64,000 nucleotides of DNA from Callorhinchus milii (GCF_018977255.1 NW_024704742.1:24368001-24432000), one strand, 5' to 3'. Positions 12,095 through 25,170 are shown, counted from the stretch's first letter. A program made the numbers and translations. The notes: a model not told the origin generated them from the letters alone.

Positions 12095-12375
12095 GATTGA
12101 AGGGGAGTAAATTCAGAACAAATCTATGCAAACACTATTTCAGTGAGCAAATAGTGAACCAGTGGAACAAGTTTCCTAGGGAGACGGATGAAGCAGGAAA
12201 TGCTGAGTCTTTCATACACAGATTAGATAGTTTTCTTTTAGGAAATAACCTTATGGGATATAGTACATAGGTAGTTTGGGACATATATGTGCATGAGACC
12301 GCCAGGAAGGTGGAAGGTGAGTTAAATGGACTTTGGTCTATATTCATCCAACATTTCTTTTGCTCTTATGTTCAA
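12095..12375 (+). mobile_element. CR1 LINE 3' end
   Basis: Decayed ORF2 C-terminus (HYFSEQIVNQWNKFP) plus 3' UTR ending cttatgttc. Confidence 0.75.
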
Positions 12376-13183
12376 TGGTCAGCACAAGACAGTTCAATAA
12401 TCTGAGATCCGAACTTTCTCGGGCTTTTGGTCTTCATACCACTGTCTTAAAATTAATTTTTTAAATCCTGTTTTCGCACGTTCCTTTTTTTTTAAAAAAA
12501 AGGAACTCTGGAAACTTGACTTCGATGATTGTGGCTGAATTTAAGGATTTTCTGAAGTTCTTCATTTTATGACTGCGGTCATAAAGTTAAGATCATGAGG
12601 AACGTTGAGCCTTTGGACCACTTATCATCTGTGATGAATGCTGTGCAAGTAAAAATAGAGCTATTCCTTAATAAACTGTAGAGCAGCTTCACGGCGGCGG
12701 CATTTGGAGCTGAGAGGTATATTCTGTGCAGTGCTTTGCGACGTGTCAACAACATGAAAAGTCGCTATATCAAATGCAAGGAATTTTTTTGTTGAATGGA
12801 TAATAAACCGTAGTGTAACCCGCTATACCATACGAGGAGTGGGTTGAAAAGCAGGCTGTGCAATGAGCTGTGGGGAATGGTCTTCAATAATAGCACCCAC
12901 ATGTTCTGGTAGATAATTGAGGAGGCAGATATCAGCGCGTGGATCATGTGCCTGTCTGGCTGGCATCTCCTTTCTGCATTACTGTGACCCTGATGCTTCT
13001 TATATTCATCCTTCATCTGTAACATGGCGGGATGCGGATACGGAAGCAGCCGGCCGTTCAGTCAGGTTAAAGAGGAATATCTCTCCCATATTTTCATTCT
13101 TTTGGAGAAAATCAGGAGAAAACGTTCCCATCCCGGACAACAACCATTTTGGTTGTGCTGATGAAACCTATGCATGATGCACA

Positions 13184-13242
13184 GTTACCATGGAAACTGC
13201 CTAACTGGGGGTTGACAGGCAGGCAGTGGTTTCCTTGGTGAC
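13184..13242. promoter_or_regulatory. Paired RFX X-box motifs
   Basis: GTTACCATGGAAAC (13184-13197) and GTTTCCTTGGTGAC (13229-13242) match the RFX consensus GTTNCCATGGNAAC. Confidence 0.55.
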
Positions 13243-13540
13243 TGCTCTGCAGGGACAGGTGCTTGAGTTGGAAATGAGGTGAATGCTAATGTCTTCTTTT
13301 TTTTTGCAACATCCTGGCAAACCCCTTCTTTGCACCTAAGTGGAGCCTTCCATTTCCAAGACTGAGGCTGTGTGACAGCCAAATTGCCAATGTTCCTTGT
13401 TGGGAATGGGCCAAACCAACCCATCAGTGGCAATATCTGCAAAGTGACCTTGGGGCATTTAGCACAATATAAAAAAAAAGGTACACACACAGCCTGGCAT
13501 TAGCCTGGACAGGGTTTAACAAAAGGCATTTGTTTTGCAA

Positions 13541-13549
13541 AAGGTGAGT
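13541..13549 (+). other. Consensus 5' splice donor (candidate end of a non-coding exon)
   Basis: AAG|GTGAGT in unique sequence downstream of the X-boxes. Confidence 0.35.
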
Positions 13550-13872
13550 GCAATCTGCAGTGAGGCAGTGGTTGAGATTCCTCTCTCTCTCAGGTAGCTT
13601 GCCATCTTCCTGGATGAGCAGATGATTTCATTTTCTCTCTCTCCCTCCCTCCCTCCCTTCCTTCCCCCTTTCTCCCCCCCCTCACTCTTCAGAATTATCA
13701 TGACGTGAGGATCAGAGATGATACACATGGGGGACACAGCATATGGGAAACAGTAGATTTCAGAGAGCAGCTTTTTTGTGCTCCTGTGTTTCAATCCAGA
13801 CTTTATTACAACTGTCTCCCTTTTCTCTTTCTCCCTCTCTCCCTCCTTCCCTCTCTCTTTCTTCCTCCCCTC

Positions 13873-13875
<3 letters not shown>

Positions 13876-13911
<36 letters not shown>
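13876..13911. repeat. (TA)18 microsatellite
   Basis: Read directly from the sequence. Confidence 0.98.
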
Positions 13912-13913
<2 letters not shown>

Positions 13914-14016
13914 AGTAGCCTTTGCTGGAACAAGTGCCCAACTTTCACCAGCACATTTCTAAATGTAAGTAGCACCTGAACTACTCAGTGCATTTCAGGT
14001 TTTCTGTTCATGTTTC

Positions 14017-14878
14017 TTGTGTGTTGTGTGTGTTGAGTGTGTGTTGTGAGCTGTGGAGTAGTGTGTGTTGTGTGTTGAGTGTGTGTTGTGAGCTGTGGAG
14101 TGTGTGTTGTGTGTGTTGAGTGTGTGTTGTGAGCTGTGGAGTGTGTGTTGTGTGTGTTGAGTGTGTGTTGAGTGTGTGTTGTGAGCTGTGGAGTGTGTGT
14201 TGTGTGTGTTGTGTGTGTGCTTTTTTGTGAGCTGTGCAGTGTGTGTTGAGTGTGTGTTGAGTGTGTGTTGAGTGTATTGTGAGCTGTGCAGTGTGTGTTG
14301 TGTGTGTTGAGTGTGTGGCGTGTGTTGTGAGCTGTGCAGTGTGTGTTGTGTGTGTTGTGAGCTGTGCAGTGTGTGTTGAGTGTGTTGTGTGTGTTGTGAG
14401 CTGTGCAGTGTGTGTTGAGTGTGTTGTGTGTGCAGTGTGTGTTGTGTGTGCAGTGTGTGTTGTTGTGTGTGTTGTGAGCTGTGCAGTGTGTGTTGTGTGT
14501 GAGTGTGTGTTGAGTGTGTGGTGTGTAGTGTGTGTTGGTGTGTGTGCAGTGTGTGTTGTGTGTGCAGTGTGTGCAGTGTGTGTTGTGTGTGCAGTGTGTG
14601 TTGTGTGTGCAGTGTGTGTTGTGTGTGCAGTGTGTGTTGTGTGTGCAGTGTGTGTTGTGTGTGCAGTGTGTGTTGTGTGTGCAGTGTGTGTTGTGTGTGC
14701 AGTGTGTGTTGTGTGTGCAGTGTGTGTTGTGTGTGCAGTGTGTGTTGTGTGTGTTGTGTGTGCAGTGTGTGTTGTGTGTGCAGTGTGTGTTGTGTGTGTT
14801 GTGTGTGCAGTGTGTGTTGTGTGTGCAGTGTGTGTTGTGTGTGTTGTGTGTGCAGTGTGTGTTGTGTGTGTTGTGAGC
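14017..14878. repeat. GT-rich minisatellite (core 18-mer GTGTGTGTTGTGTGTGCA plus GTGAGCTGTG(G/C)A variants)
   Basis: Read directly from the sequence; source of the spurious HTQ/CV-repeat ORFs. Confidence 0.97.
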
Positions 14879-15244
14879 TCCGGCACAGCTTTGATAGTGA
14901 ACGATTCAAGAATGTTTTGGCTCGTAATCTCCAGCCTCTGCTTTGGTGTGTGGTGTGTGGTGATGGTGATGGGGGTTAGAAGATCTGAATTGTTTTATTT
15001 ATTATTATATATGTATATGTGTATATGCAAGAAAAACGTGGAAAAATGCAAAGGCTTTGTGAGTTTCGTGGCTTGTTTTGCTGGATTGCTCCGCTCGCCT
15101 CTGCCCCAAATTGCAGGAGTCAAATCATTTGGGGCTTTAAAATGCGCAGCGAACGGAGAGGTTTCGCTGTCGGGGCAGGTGGAGCGCAGTGTCCAACTCC
15201 CCCACCGCAGGGAGAGGAAGGAGTTAATGGAACAAAGAGATGGG

Positions 15245-16090
15245 GTGTGTGTTAGTGTGTGTGTTAGTGTGTTAGTGTGTGTGTTAGTGTGTGTGTGTGT
15301 TAGTGTGTGTGTTTGTGTGTGTGTTAGTGTGTTAGTTTATGTGTTAGTGTGTGTGTGTTAGTGTGTGTGTGTTAGTGTGTTAGTTTATGTGTTAGTGTGT
15401 GTGTGTTAGTGTGTTAGTTTATGTGTTAGTGTGTGTTAGTGTGTGTGTGTTAGTGTGAGTGTGTTAGTGTGTTAGTGTGTGTGTGTTAGTGTGTTAGTTT
15501 ATGTGTTAGTGTGTAGTGTGTGTGTCAGTGTGTTAGTTTATGTGTTAGTGTGTGTTAGTGTGTGTGTGTTAGTGTGAGTGTGTTAGTGTGTGTGTGTGTT
15601 AGTGTGTTAGTTTATGTGTTAGTGTGTGTGTTAGTGTGTTAGTGTGTGTTAGTGTGTTAGTTTATGTGTTAGTGTGTAGTGTGTGTGTCAGTGTGTTAGT
15701 TTATGTGTTAGTGTGTGTTAGTGTGTGTGTGTTAGTGTGAGTGTGTTAGTGTGTTAGTGTGTGTGTGTTAGTGTGTTAGTTTATGTGTTAGTGTGTGTGT
15801 TAGTGTGTTAGTGTGTGTTAGTGTGTTAGTGTGTTAGTTTATGTGTTAGTGTGTAGTGTGTGTGTTAGTGTGTGTTAGTGTGTAGTGTGTGTTAGTGTGT
15901 GTGTTAGTGTGTAGTGTGTGTGTTAGTGTGTTAGTTTATGTGTTAGTGTGTAGTGTGTGTGTCAGTGTGTTAGTTTATGTGTTAGTGTGTGTGTTAGTGT
16001 GTAGTGTGTGTTAGTTTGTGTGTAGTGTGTGTAAGTGTGTTAGTTTGTGTGTGTTAGTTTGTGTGTGTGTGTGTGTGTTAGTGTGTGTGT
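15245..16090. repeat. GT-rich minisatellite (GTTA(GT)n units, recurring GTTAGTTTAT)
   Basis: Read directly from the sequence. Confidence 0.97.
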
Positions 16091-16269
16091 ATGAGGGGGT
16101 GGGGGAGAGGTTTATAGCTCACATAATAAAAGCTACGATCCCATGTAGATTAAACTCACACAGACTGACTGTACTGTGTGTTGCTTTTGCTTTGCATATC
16201 GCCCCATAGCCAACAGTAAACAGGTGAGACGTGCATTGACTTGAGTGAACAGCGCCTCATGTGCAGCGC

Positions 16270-16850
16270 TCACACACTCACAGCCATTCACTCACACACA
16301 CAGTCACTCACTCACACAGTCACTCACTCACACACACAGTCACTCACTCACGCACAGACACTCACTCACACACAGTCACTCACACACACACACAGTCACT
16401 CACTCACACACATAGTCACTCACTCACACACATAGTCACTCACTCACACACACAGTCACTCACTCACACACATAGCCACTCACTCTCACACACAGACACT
16501 CACTCACACACACACACACACACACACACACAACCATTCACTCACACACAGACACTCACTCACACACAGACACTCACTCACTCACACAGCCACTCACTCA
16601 CACACAGACAGACAGACACACTCACAGACACAGCCACTCACTCACTCACACAGCCACTCACTCACACACAGACAGACAGACACACTCACAGACACAGCCA
16701 CTCACTCACTCACACAGCCACTCACTCACACACAGACAGACAGACACACTCACAGACACAGCCACTCACTCACTCACTCACACAGCCACTCACTCACACA
16801 CAGACAGACAGACACACTCACACACACAGCCACTCACTCACACACACAGA
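16270..16850. repeat. CA-rich minisatellite (CACT/CACA/CAGA units with a higher-order period)
   Basis: Read directly from the sequence. Confidence 0.97.
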
Positions 16851-17089
16851 TATAGAGGAGGCTGTAGCTACCCACACAGGTTCGCTCCATGATGTTTGGA
16901 GGATGGGGTTAGTAAGGCACTTCCATCTTTTTTTTAAATTGCATCGTGTTTTTTGCACTGTCCAGGCGCTTTTGAGTGCTGTTTGCTTTGAGTGCCTCCT
17001 TTGCTCTGTTTTTCCACCCTGCGCTTTGCAAGGGTCAAGCAAGCAATTGCAAGTCCCCACACCCCAAACAGCAACAAATTAGATTTGTT

Positions 17090-17290
17090 CTCCATCCCAC
17101 AGTCCTTTCGCCCCGCTCGCTCCCTTGCCTCCTTCAAAGCCTGTCTCAAGACCCTCCTCTACAACCGCACCTTCGGTCACCCTCCTACCGCTAACCTCCC
17201 TGCCCTCCACCCCGCCTGGTTCCAACCTCCAGCTCCGGTCCTTTCTGTGAAAGGCGTCTGTACAAATGTAATTTGTTGCTGTTGTTTGTG
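17090..17290 (+). mobile_element. L2 LINE 3' end
   Basis: SIPQSFRPARSLASFKACLKTLLY (L2 ORF2 C-terminus) then tail tacaaatgtaatttgttg. Confidence 0.8.
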
Positions 17291-18122
17291 GTTGTCGTGT
17301 TATCGCCTTTCACATTGGGAGGACGTCCCGAGGAGCTGGAAAGATCCCCGTTTGAAATCTGCCCACTGCAGATGGGCGAGGTCTGTACATTGTTGTGTGA
17401 TGGAGCCCACTGCTAAAGTACCCCTCGTTTCCTTCACACTCATCGGCTTTGTTTTGGGATAATTCTCCTGCAATGTCACGTTTGAGCAGCTTTTCACAGT
17501 AATTGTTTTGTAAAGGAAGAACCTGTATTTTTGTTTATAGCGCCTTGTTCATGGGCAGGCTTCGCAGGTCATTGCCATGTGTCCCAAGTGGACTGGCTAT
17601 TTTTGTAGGAAAAGAGGGCAACCAATATGGTCCCACAAATAACCACGAGGTGAATGACTGTTTAATCTGTAGGAATAAAAAACTGTGTGTGTGTGTGTGT
17701 GAGAGAGAGAGAGTGAGTTTAACACTTTACAGTCTACCCTGTGAAGCGCTTTGGGATGTCTCAACGACATGATAAGGTGCTATGTCAAATGCAAGGATCA
17801 TTATTAAGATTATTACTATTATTGTTGGCTAGGATCGGGAAGAGAAGCTCTTCTCATTTCAAATTGGGTCAGGGTGGATTTGATCTCAGATTAATGCAGC
17901 ATTTTCCCCAGGATGGCATTGGATTTAAAGGCAGACATGCAGCCTCAACCCACAGTCTTCTGACCCAGAGGCAGTGCTGCCAACCATTGACAAGCTGATA
18001 CACAAGTTATAATTCACAAAATGTTATTAATATACAGAGGAATTTTTCAAAAGGGATTCTTTTCTCCAAGACGTTTCACTTGCATGTTACTGTTGCCTAA
18101 TTGTGATGTTTCAAATAATACC

Positions 18123-18310
18123 TGAAAGCAAATAATAGTAATAATAATAATCCTTGCATTTGATATAGCGCTTTTCACGTCGGGCGGACATCCCGTGAAA
18201 GCAAATAATAGTAATAATAATAATCCTTGCATTTGATATAGCGCTTTTCACGTCGGGCGGCCAAAGCGCTTCACAGAACACACTGTAATGTGAGTTGACT
18301 GTATATTTAA
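18123..18310 (-). mobile_element. SINE 3' tail with an exact 65-bp tandem duplication
   Basis: 18123-18187 is identical to 18196-18260. Confidence 0.9.
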
Positions 18311-19229
18311 CCCGGCCAATGTCCCATTGAGTTATTTAATCCGGCCAGCTTCTAGTCGTAAATTAACAGCATATTTATTCTCTGTGTTTTATTAAAAGGG
18401 GAATGCCAAATAAATCTGGCTTTCTGGCCAGCTCAGTGAATACTGGGCTGCTTCAGGTCCCTGCCCTATCTGCCCTACCCTCGGCGGGCGGGCTTTCAGC
18501 CAATCTGTCCCCACTCTCTGCAACCCCATCCCAGAATCCCATGACTTACTTCCTCCCTCCCTTTATTCAAGGCATGTCTCAAACCATACCTGTTTGACCA
18601 CGCTTTCAGACATCTTTCTCCGCCCCAATCCACCTTGGCTCCCATCCCCATTCAAGATGTCCTCCTGGCGTGAAATAAATATAATTGTATTTACAGTATT
18701 CTTGAAGCAATATCGGAAATCTTGGTCTCTTTGTCTCAACAGGTTCCTTTTATTTTGAAAGCCTTTTATTTTAAAGAAGATGTGTCAGCTGTCAAAAATG
18801 TGCTGCAGAATAGAAACTAGAATTTTGAGACAGAAGGAGGCCATTTCTGAATTGTTACAAAAATTATATGGAAGTCTCCGTATCGGGTCAGTGCAGCTTC
18901 CGTCTTGTGAGGATATTTGGTGGTTGAGTGGTGGGGATGAGGGGACTGCTAACCTCCCCCATTATTTCCTATGTGGTTTCCCGAACCATTGCTTGTGTTC
19001 CTCAGCTCTCCTAATTTGGCCTTCACTCGCTACTTCCCCTCAGCTGCATTGCCTAGATAGGTTACTGTACAGCAATTGGGGCTGGGGTGTGGTGGGGAAA
19101 TGGGGGGGGAATTGAACTTAATTCGTACCATTCCAGGTACCAGGCTCTGCTACTCTAAGCATGCTGTATCATTACACTGCCTTATATTACTCATTTGAAT
19201 GAAAGGGCTCAAAAGAGTTCTTTAAATGT

Positions 19230-19740
19230 CGAGCTTTCGTCACATCCTGCCTTGATTTCTCCAACGTCCATCGCACTGGTCACCCCAGCTCTATCATTCA
19301 TAAAATCCAATTGATTCAACATTTCGCCGCCCATATTCTCTCTCACACCGAACTCCACACACCCATCACGGCAGTCCTCAGAACAGATCAATTATAAGAT
19401 CCTTACACTCACTTATAATCACTTGATGGCTTAGCACTTCCCCACCTCTCTGACCTGCTGAGACCGCACTCCTCTACCTAGCCCCTTCGCTCGGATGGCT
19501 CTGGTCTTCTGCTTGTTGCTCATTCCCTCAGCTCCATGATCGGCGACCATGTTTTCCAAACTCTGGAACTCCCTGCCTCAATCCCTTTACCTTGCCCCCT
19601 CATTTACCCAGTTTCAAATCGCACCTGAAGACTTTCCTCTATGACCGTCACCTCTTCTCTGTCCCCAGCTCAACGTCAAGCTCTGTCATTGTTTTAAGTG
19701 CAGTGTGACGCTAATCTGGGTAAAGGGCACAAGTGGTTGT
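19230..19740 (+). mobile_element. Old L2 LINE 3' fragment
   Basis: Decayed YKILTLTY, LWNSLP and FKSHLKTFL motifs. Confidence 0.7.
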
Positions 19741-22550
19741 TAGATAGGTATTGAGATGTTTTCACAATCTGAATTATTCTTTTCTATTCATCAACTTTTT
19801 CTTTCCTACTTACCCCCTCCTCCTTACGCCACTCCCTCTGTAATGCTGCCTGCTGCGACAACCACTGTTTCAGAATAGGAGCATGGGATGCCTGGGCTAT
19901 GGATAAGCAGATTCGGATACAGGTTGTAATTTAATAGTAGAGTATTTTCCTGGGTGAAGAAGCTAAGCCCACCTAAGACATTGTAGGTTCATGTCAGACT
20001 TGAATGGTTTAAGATTGGCATTTGACATGCAGTCGAATCTTGAATAACTCAAAATGTTTCCAAGTCCCAGAAGAATGTAATCACGAATGTTCAAAATTCA
20101 ATGGATCCTGCATTGTTTTACAATGTCAAGTAATGTCAATTATTTCTCCCCCCACACACACACAAACTACACGATTGTGTGTCTTAAAGATTGCTAGCAT
20201 TCTTTCACATGTAGAAATATTTTTTAAAGAGGTGAATCTTCTTTTTGAGGCTTTAGTGAACAGTCTGACTCTAAACTGATGTTCCTCCAAAGCTGGTGAC
20301 TTCTCTGGGCTTATTGTCAATTTAGCAGTTCTTTCGCACTTGTTGGGTGACCTGTTAATGTCTGCTCTCTCTCCCCTCACCGCATATATAAAGTCACCCA
20401 CTTCATTGCATATAATCCTTTAAAAAGCATTCAAGGTGAAATCTGACCAGACTCAAAAGGACACGTCCACAACTGTCTCATGGTAGAATTGGAATATAAC
20501 ATGTGGCCATTGCTTTCCAGTTAATCTTGATGAAAGATAAAGGGAAAGATAAGTAAAGAGAGGGTCGAGGGTGCGGTGGATTGGAACATGCACTCTGACC
20601 TTGAGGATCTGGTTGGGGTGGAATGAAGACAGATGGACTTGCTCTCTGGTGTCAGTCAGGGACCTGAGTAAGATGAGTCTGGGTAGCCTCAGCCCATTTC
20701 CCAGTGGGCCTATAGTTCCACGTGGAGTAGAGAACTGCTTGTAATTCAGCACAGAGCAGAGTTGCCAGAAGGGTGGCTTCCTTGGGAGTGGTCATATTGC
20801 AGCAAGAGGCTGGGGTTGTGGTACTCATTAGATCCCTCCAGAGGGTGCCCTGCACTGCGCGCTGTACCTGACCAAATATTATTAATAATAATTATTAATA
20901 TTATAATTATAAATAATTATTTGTTCAACTGTTTAAAGGACACTGCTGTGCGCAATTGGCTGCCGTGTTTCACCCACAAAACATACAGTCAATTCACTTT
21001 ACAGTATATTGTGTGAAGCGCTTTGAGACCCCTCAACAACATGATAAGGGGCTATATCAAATGCGTGTTATCATTAACACTGATCACCATCACTGGTTGC
21101 AAGAGAGTGGGACAGCGGGCTTTTTATATAAAAACATAATCTGTTTCCAAGTACTAAACAGGGTGACTCTATTAAAACACACTCTGGTTGAGCATGGGTT
21201 CACTTTTCCGGTGGTCTACTATAGACCCACGCTTTAGCATAAGCACATTAACTTGGCACATGTGCAACACACAGCAAGTGATGGGAACAGCAACCTGATG
21301 ACCTGAAAGCGGACCCGGAGACCATTTTGTTTGTGGGCCTGTTGTAACCCAGTGCTTACTATTTTTCTAAATCTGAGTCTCTGCTTTATAACAGAGTTGC
21401 TGTGTCTGTGTATCTCACCTAAATGAACAATGCATATGTCCAGATCAAAACAAGATAAGGAGATGACAGATATTTGATCTTGAGCCAACAGAGTAAATCA
21501 GGTTTGCAGTAGTATTGTTCTGCTAACAGTTGCTAGCTTTTCATCTAATCGTAGTGCGATCTTCTCTACTGTTTCCTGGTTCAATGTCATTGCTTACATT
21601 GGCTTGAAAGGTAGCCTCTGTGGACTTGTTATATTTAGAAATATGCTAAATGCAGTCTCAACTAAGTCCTTTCTGCAGGGAGAGTGGGATAGAGGTCAGC
21701 TTTTCAGCTCCTCCTGATGATAATTGCTTTGGGTAACAGTTTCAGCCACAATAATGACAAGCTATTGAGTAGCTACGCACTGGTAGGAGCAAGCCTACAG
21801 AATGTATTGATCGAGCGGTTCAAGGTCACTGTGTTGTATTGCAGGGCCGTGTGAACCAACAGAGCTGCTCCATTATGGCACTGACGTTTACTCTGTGTAT
21901 ACAGAATGCAAAAATAATAATGCAGATTCTCTCCATATCCTCCCCTCCTCCCCCCACCACCCATCTTGGCCGCTTCTTCGATAATTGTTATTTTGAAGCC
22001 AGGAAAGTCAGCAGTGGGGACAATCTATTTAGAAGAATATGAAAGCATTAAAGGAGGAGTCTTTCCAGTTAATGAACGGCAGAGGAGTGTGGGAACCAGT
22101 TCAAGAAATGCTAGGTCAATTTAAAACAAAATGCAAAGCAAATCTAACTACTGAATTTAGCACCGGAAAACAACACTGAATGCAAAACAGCATCATGCTA
22201 TATTTAAGCTGCATGCCATCTATTAAATACATCTGGTCTGTAAACCTTACACAGGCTGAATCATTTATTATGATTTGAATATTCAAGAATACATTAAAAT
22301 TGATGAAAATGATATTGCTTATCACTGAAATACAGGCTCGTTGCCATTATACCCTGTGTAGTCTGAAGTCAGCCACCTGCCAGTGGACAAGTGGAAGCTG
22401 GGCGCCAGCGCTCGGGGCAGGGAGGGGCAAAGCTGGTCTTGCACACGACCTAGTCACCATTTACAAACCCACATTGGCAGGGATTTGAAACCAGGTTGCC
22501 AGCCCGTCCGCTCAGCTTGAATATTAGAGGTGCCACCTTTTGCCAAGTCA

Positions 22551-22730
22551 TTTTTTTTTGGTCAGCCGAGTGTCTTGGCATGATTGGAAACCCATCACTA
22601 CATTTAAGAGTATCCAAACCAGACTGAAAGTTCCACAAATGCACACTCTCTCCTTGTACAGATGGTCCTGCTTACCTAATTCCGGGGAGTATTCCATGCA
22701 GTTGGTGAAAGCAAAGGCTAGTGGACACGA
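22551..22730 (-). mobile_element. Unclassified poly(A)-terminated repeat, copy 2
   Basis: T9 then ggtcagccgagtgtc (3' terminus); shared internal motifs. Confidence 0.75.
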
Positions 22731-23143
22731 GGGTGGCAAGTAGAAAAAAAACTGCAAGGCAAGAGGTGTGGCGGGGGTGGGGTGGGGTCTAATGGTCTGA
22801 GATCTGGTTTAAAATTTATTGCAACCTTTAATTCCCAGTGGCCTCACAACATCAGGCACACAGGTCAATGGGAAAATTGACTTTTTAAAAAAAAACAGCA
22901 GGGGTGGAATTTTCTTTCCATTCCCAGTCACTAGGGAGAATCCAATCCCTATTGTGTGCTGTACACATTGCAAACAAATATCTGGGCAGATGGCAGCCCT
23001 CCTAAGGTATAGCGCTAAGGATTATATTTTTTGATTTTATTTCCCCCAAAACATAGAACAAGCATGGTGATATTTCAACTGTAACACTTTGTAATTATAT
23101 TGATGCCTATCATTGTCTTTGTCATGTATCACACACTTTAAAG

Positions 23144-23354
23144 TAATAATAATCCCTCCAAAACAATAATAAATTGGTCATTTTCAATCTACGACTGTTT
23201 GTGGGACATTGCCGTGCGCAATTGGCTGCCGCGTTCGCCCACAAATATACAGTCAATTCACTTTACAGTGTGTTCTGTGAAGCGCTTTGGGACGTCCTCC
23301 CGACGTGAAAAGCGCTATATCAAATGCAAGGATTATTATTATTATTATTATTAT
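23144..23354 (+). mobile_element. Young SINE, 5'-truncated
   Basis: 3' two-thirds near-identical to the 3648 copy; (ATT)n tail. Confidence 0.93.
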
Positions 23355-23487
23355 TGTGTGGTTCACAGAGAGTGGTGAGGCGTGGAGGAGGAAAGCACAA
23401 AGAGGTAGATTTTTTTGATGGGTTTTGAAAACTGGGAAAGAGGGTGAGAGGCAGAGGGATTTCAAAGAGAAGGTGCAGTTACAGAAA

Positions 23488-23680
23488 CTGATCACCATGC
23501 TTGAGAGTATCCAGACCAAATAGAGAGTTCCACATATGTATGTCACCAACACAAGGAAATGTCGTTGTGTCTGGAATAGAATGTGACTCAATCCCCTAAG
23601 GGATGCATTTCTGCTTAACAAATTCTGGAGAATACAAGGCACAAGTTGGCAAGAGCTAAGATCTGGTTACCCCTGAGTGT
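23488..23680 (-). mobile_element. Unclassified repeat, copy 3 (internal part)
   Basis: caccatgcttgagagtatccagacc...ctgcttaacaaattctggag...gttggcaagagc. Confidence 0.7.
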
Positions 23681-23925
23681 CAAGTACAAAACCCAAATTG
23701 GTGGGCCATAGAAGTTTATAGCATAGAAGGAGGCCATTCGGCCCATTATCCTGGGTCTCTGAAACAGCTACCCCATTAGTCCCAATCTCCTGTCTTTCCC
23801 CAATATCCATTTACAGCATATTTCTCCTATATTGAAGGAAGAAATGAATATCTGCTTTCTTAATCAGAATGTTAAAAACATTGGGGTGGGGAGGTTGGGG
23901 ATCAATTAAAAAGCAGTCATCATAA

Positions 23926-24670
23926 TAAGAACATAAAAACATAAGAAATAGGAGCAGGAGTAGGCCATTCAGCCCCTCGAGCCTGCCCCGCCATTTAATA
24001 AGATCATGGCTGATCTTCTAACCTAATTTCATTTACCCGTCCAATCCCTTTAGTTTTTAAAAATCTATTGATCTCAGTCTTGAATATGTTCAAGGACTGA
24101 GCATCCACAGCCTTCTGGGGTAGAGAATTATATAAATTCACTATCCTCTGAGCGAAGAAATGTTTTTCAACTCAGTTTTAAAAGGCCTACCTTTAATCCT
24201 GAGACTATGTTCCCTAGTTTTAGATTCTCCAACCAGGGAAAATAGTCTCACAGCATCTACCCTGTCAAGACCCTTAAGAATCTTTGTGGAGTCCTGTAGC
24301 TCAGTGGTTAGAGCACTCGCTTTGCAAGTGAGAGACCTGAGTTCAATTCCAGGCAGAGGGCGAAACCTTGGGCAAGTTTCCTTACTCCACACAGAGCCTA
24401 ATAATAATCCCTCCAAAACCAATAATAAATTGGTCATTTTCAATCTACGACTGTTTCTGGGACATTGCTGTGCGCAATTGGCTGCCGCGTTCGCCAACAA
24501 ATATACAGTCAATTCACTTTACAGTGTGTTCTGTGAAGCACTTTGGGACATCCTCCCGACGTGAAAAGCGCTATATCAAATGCAAGGATTATTATTATTA
24601 TTATAATCTTATAGGTTTCTATAAGATCACCTCTATTTCTTCTATATTCTAGTTTACTCAACCTCTCCTT
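23926..24670 (-). mobile_element. CR1 LINE 3' end (host of a nested SINE)
   Basis: taagaacata...aggagtaggccattcagcccctcgagcctg terminus; minus translation KILKGLDRVDAVRLFSLVGESKTREHSLRIKGRPFKTE. Confidence 0.9.
24286..24603 (+). mobile_element. Young SINE, full length, nested in CR1
   Basis: Complete head and tail; AATCTT duplicated on both flanks. Confidence 0.95.
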
Positions 24671-24719
24671 GTAATGTAATTACATGGGACAGTGTGCCAC
24701 AGGCTGTGTAATGAAAGAA

Positions 24720-25170
24720 GAACAACAAATTGCATTTGTATAGCACCTTTCATGTCAGCGCTGGACAGTCATGGATTTGGATCCGAGCTGGGGATTGGGA
24801 TCAGGAGGGCAAGAAGGGTAGGGTTAGGAGGGTGACTGAAGGCGTGGTTGAAGAGGAGGGTCTTGAGACGTGCCTTGAAGAAGGCAAGGGAGGAAGCAAG
24901 GCAAAGGGACTGTGGGATGGAATTCCAAAGGCTGGGGGCAGAGAGGCTGAATGCCCGACCACCGATGGTGGGGTGGGGCGTGTAGTGGACGTGGAGCAGG
25001 CCAGAGCCTGCTGAGCAGAAGGAGCGGTCAGGTCGATATGGAGTTAGCAGATCACAGAGGTACTAAAGAGCAAGACCATGGAGGGCTTTGAAGGCAAGGA
25101 TGAAGATTTTGATCTCTTCTTGGGGATGGGGAGCCAGTGAAACCGGGCGAGCATGGGGTTGATTGGGTCA
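24720..25170 (-). mobile_element. L2 LINE 3' fragment
   Basis: (CAA) tail and ORF2 C-terminal homology to 36500-37345. Confidence 0.85.

Noticed and set aside
13995..15361. Long ORFs (292-366 aa) rich in H/T/Q or C/V
   Set aside because: Translations of a GT minisatellite, open in several frames on both strands; no coding signal
16261..17082. 273-aa His/Thr-rich ORF
   Set aside because: Translation of the CA minisatellite
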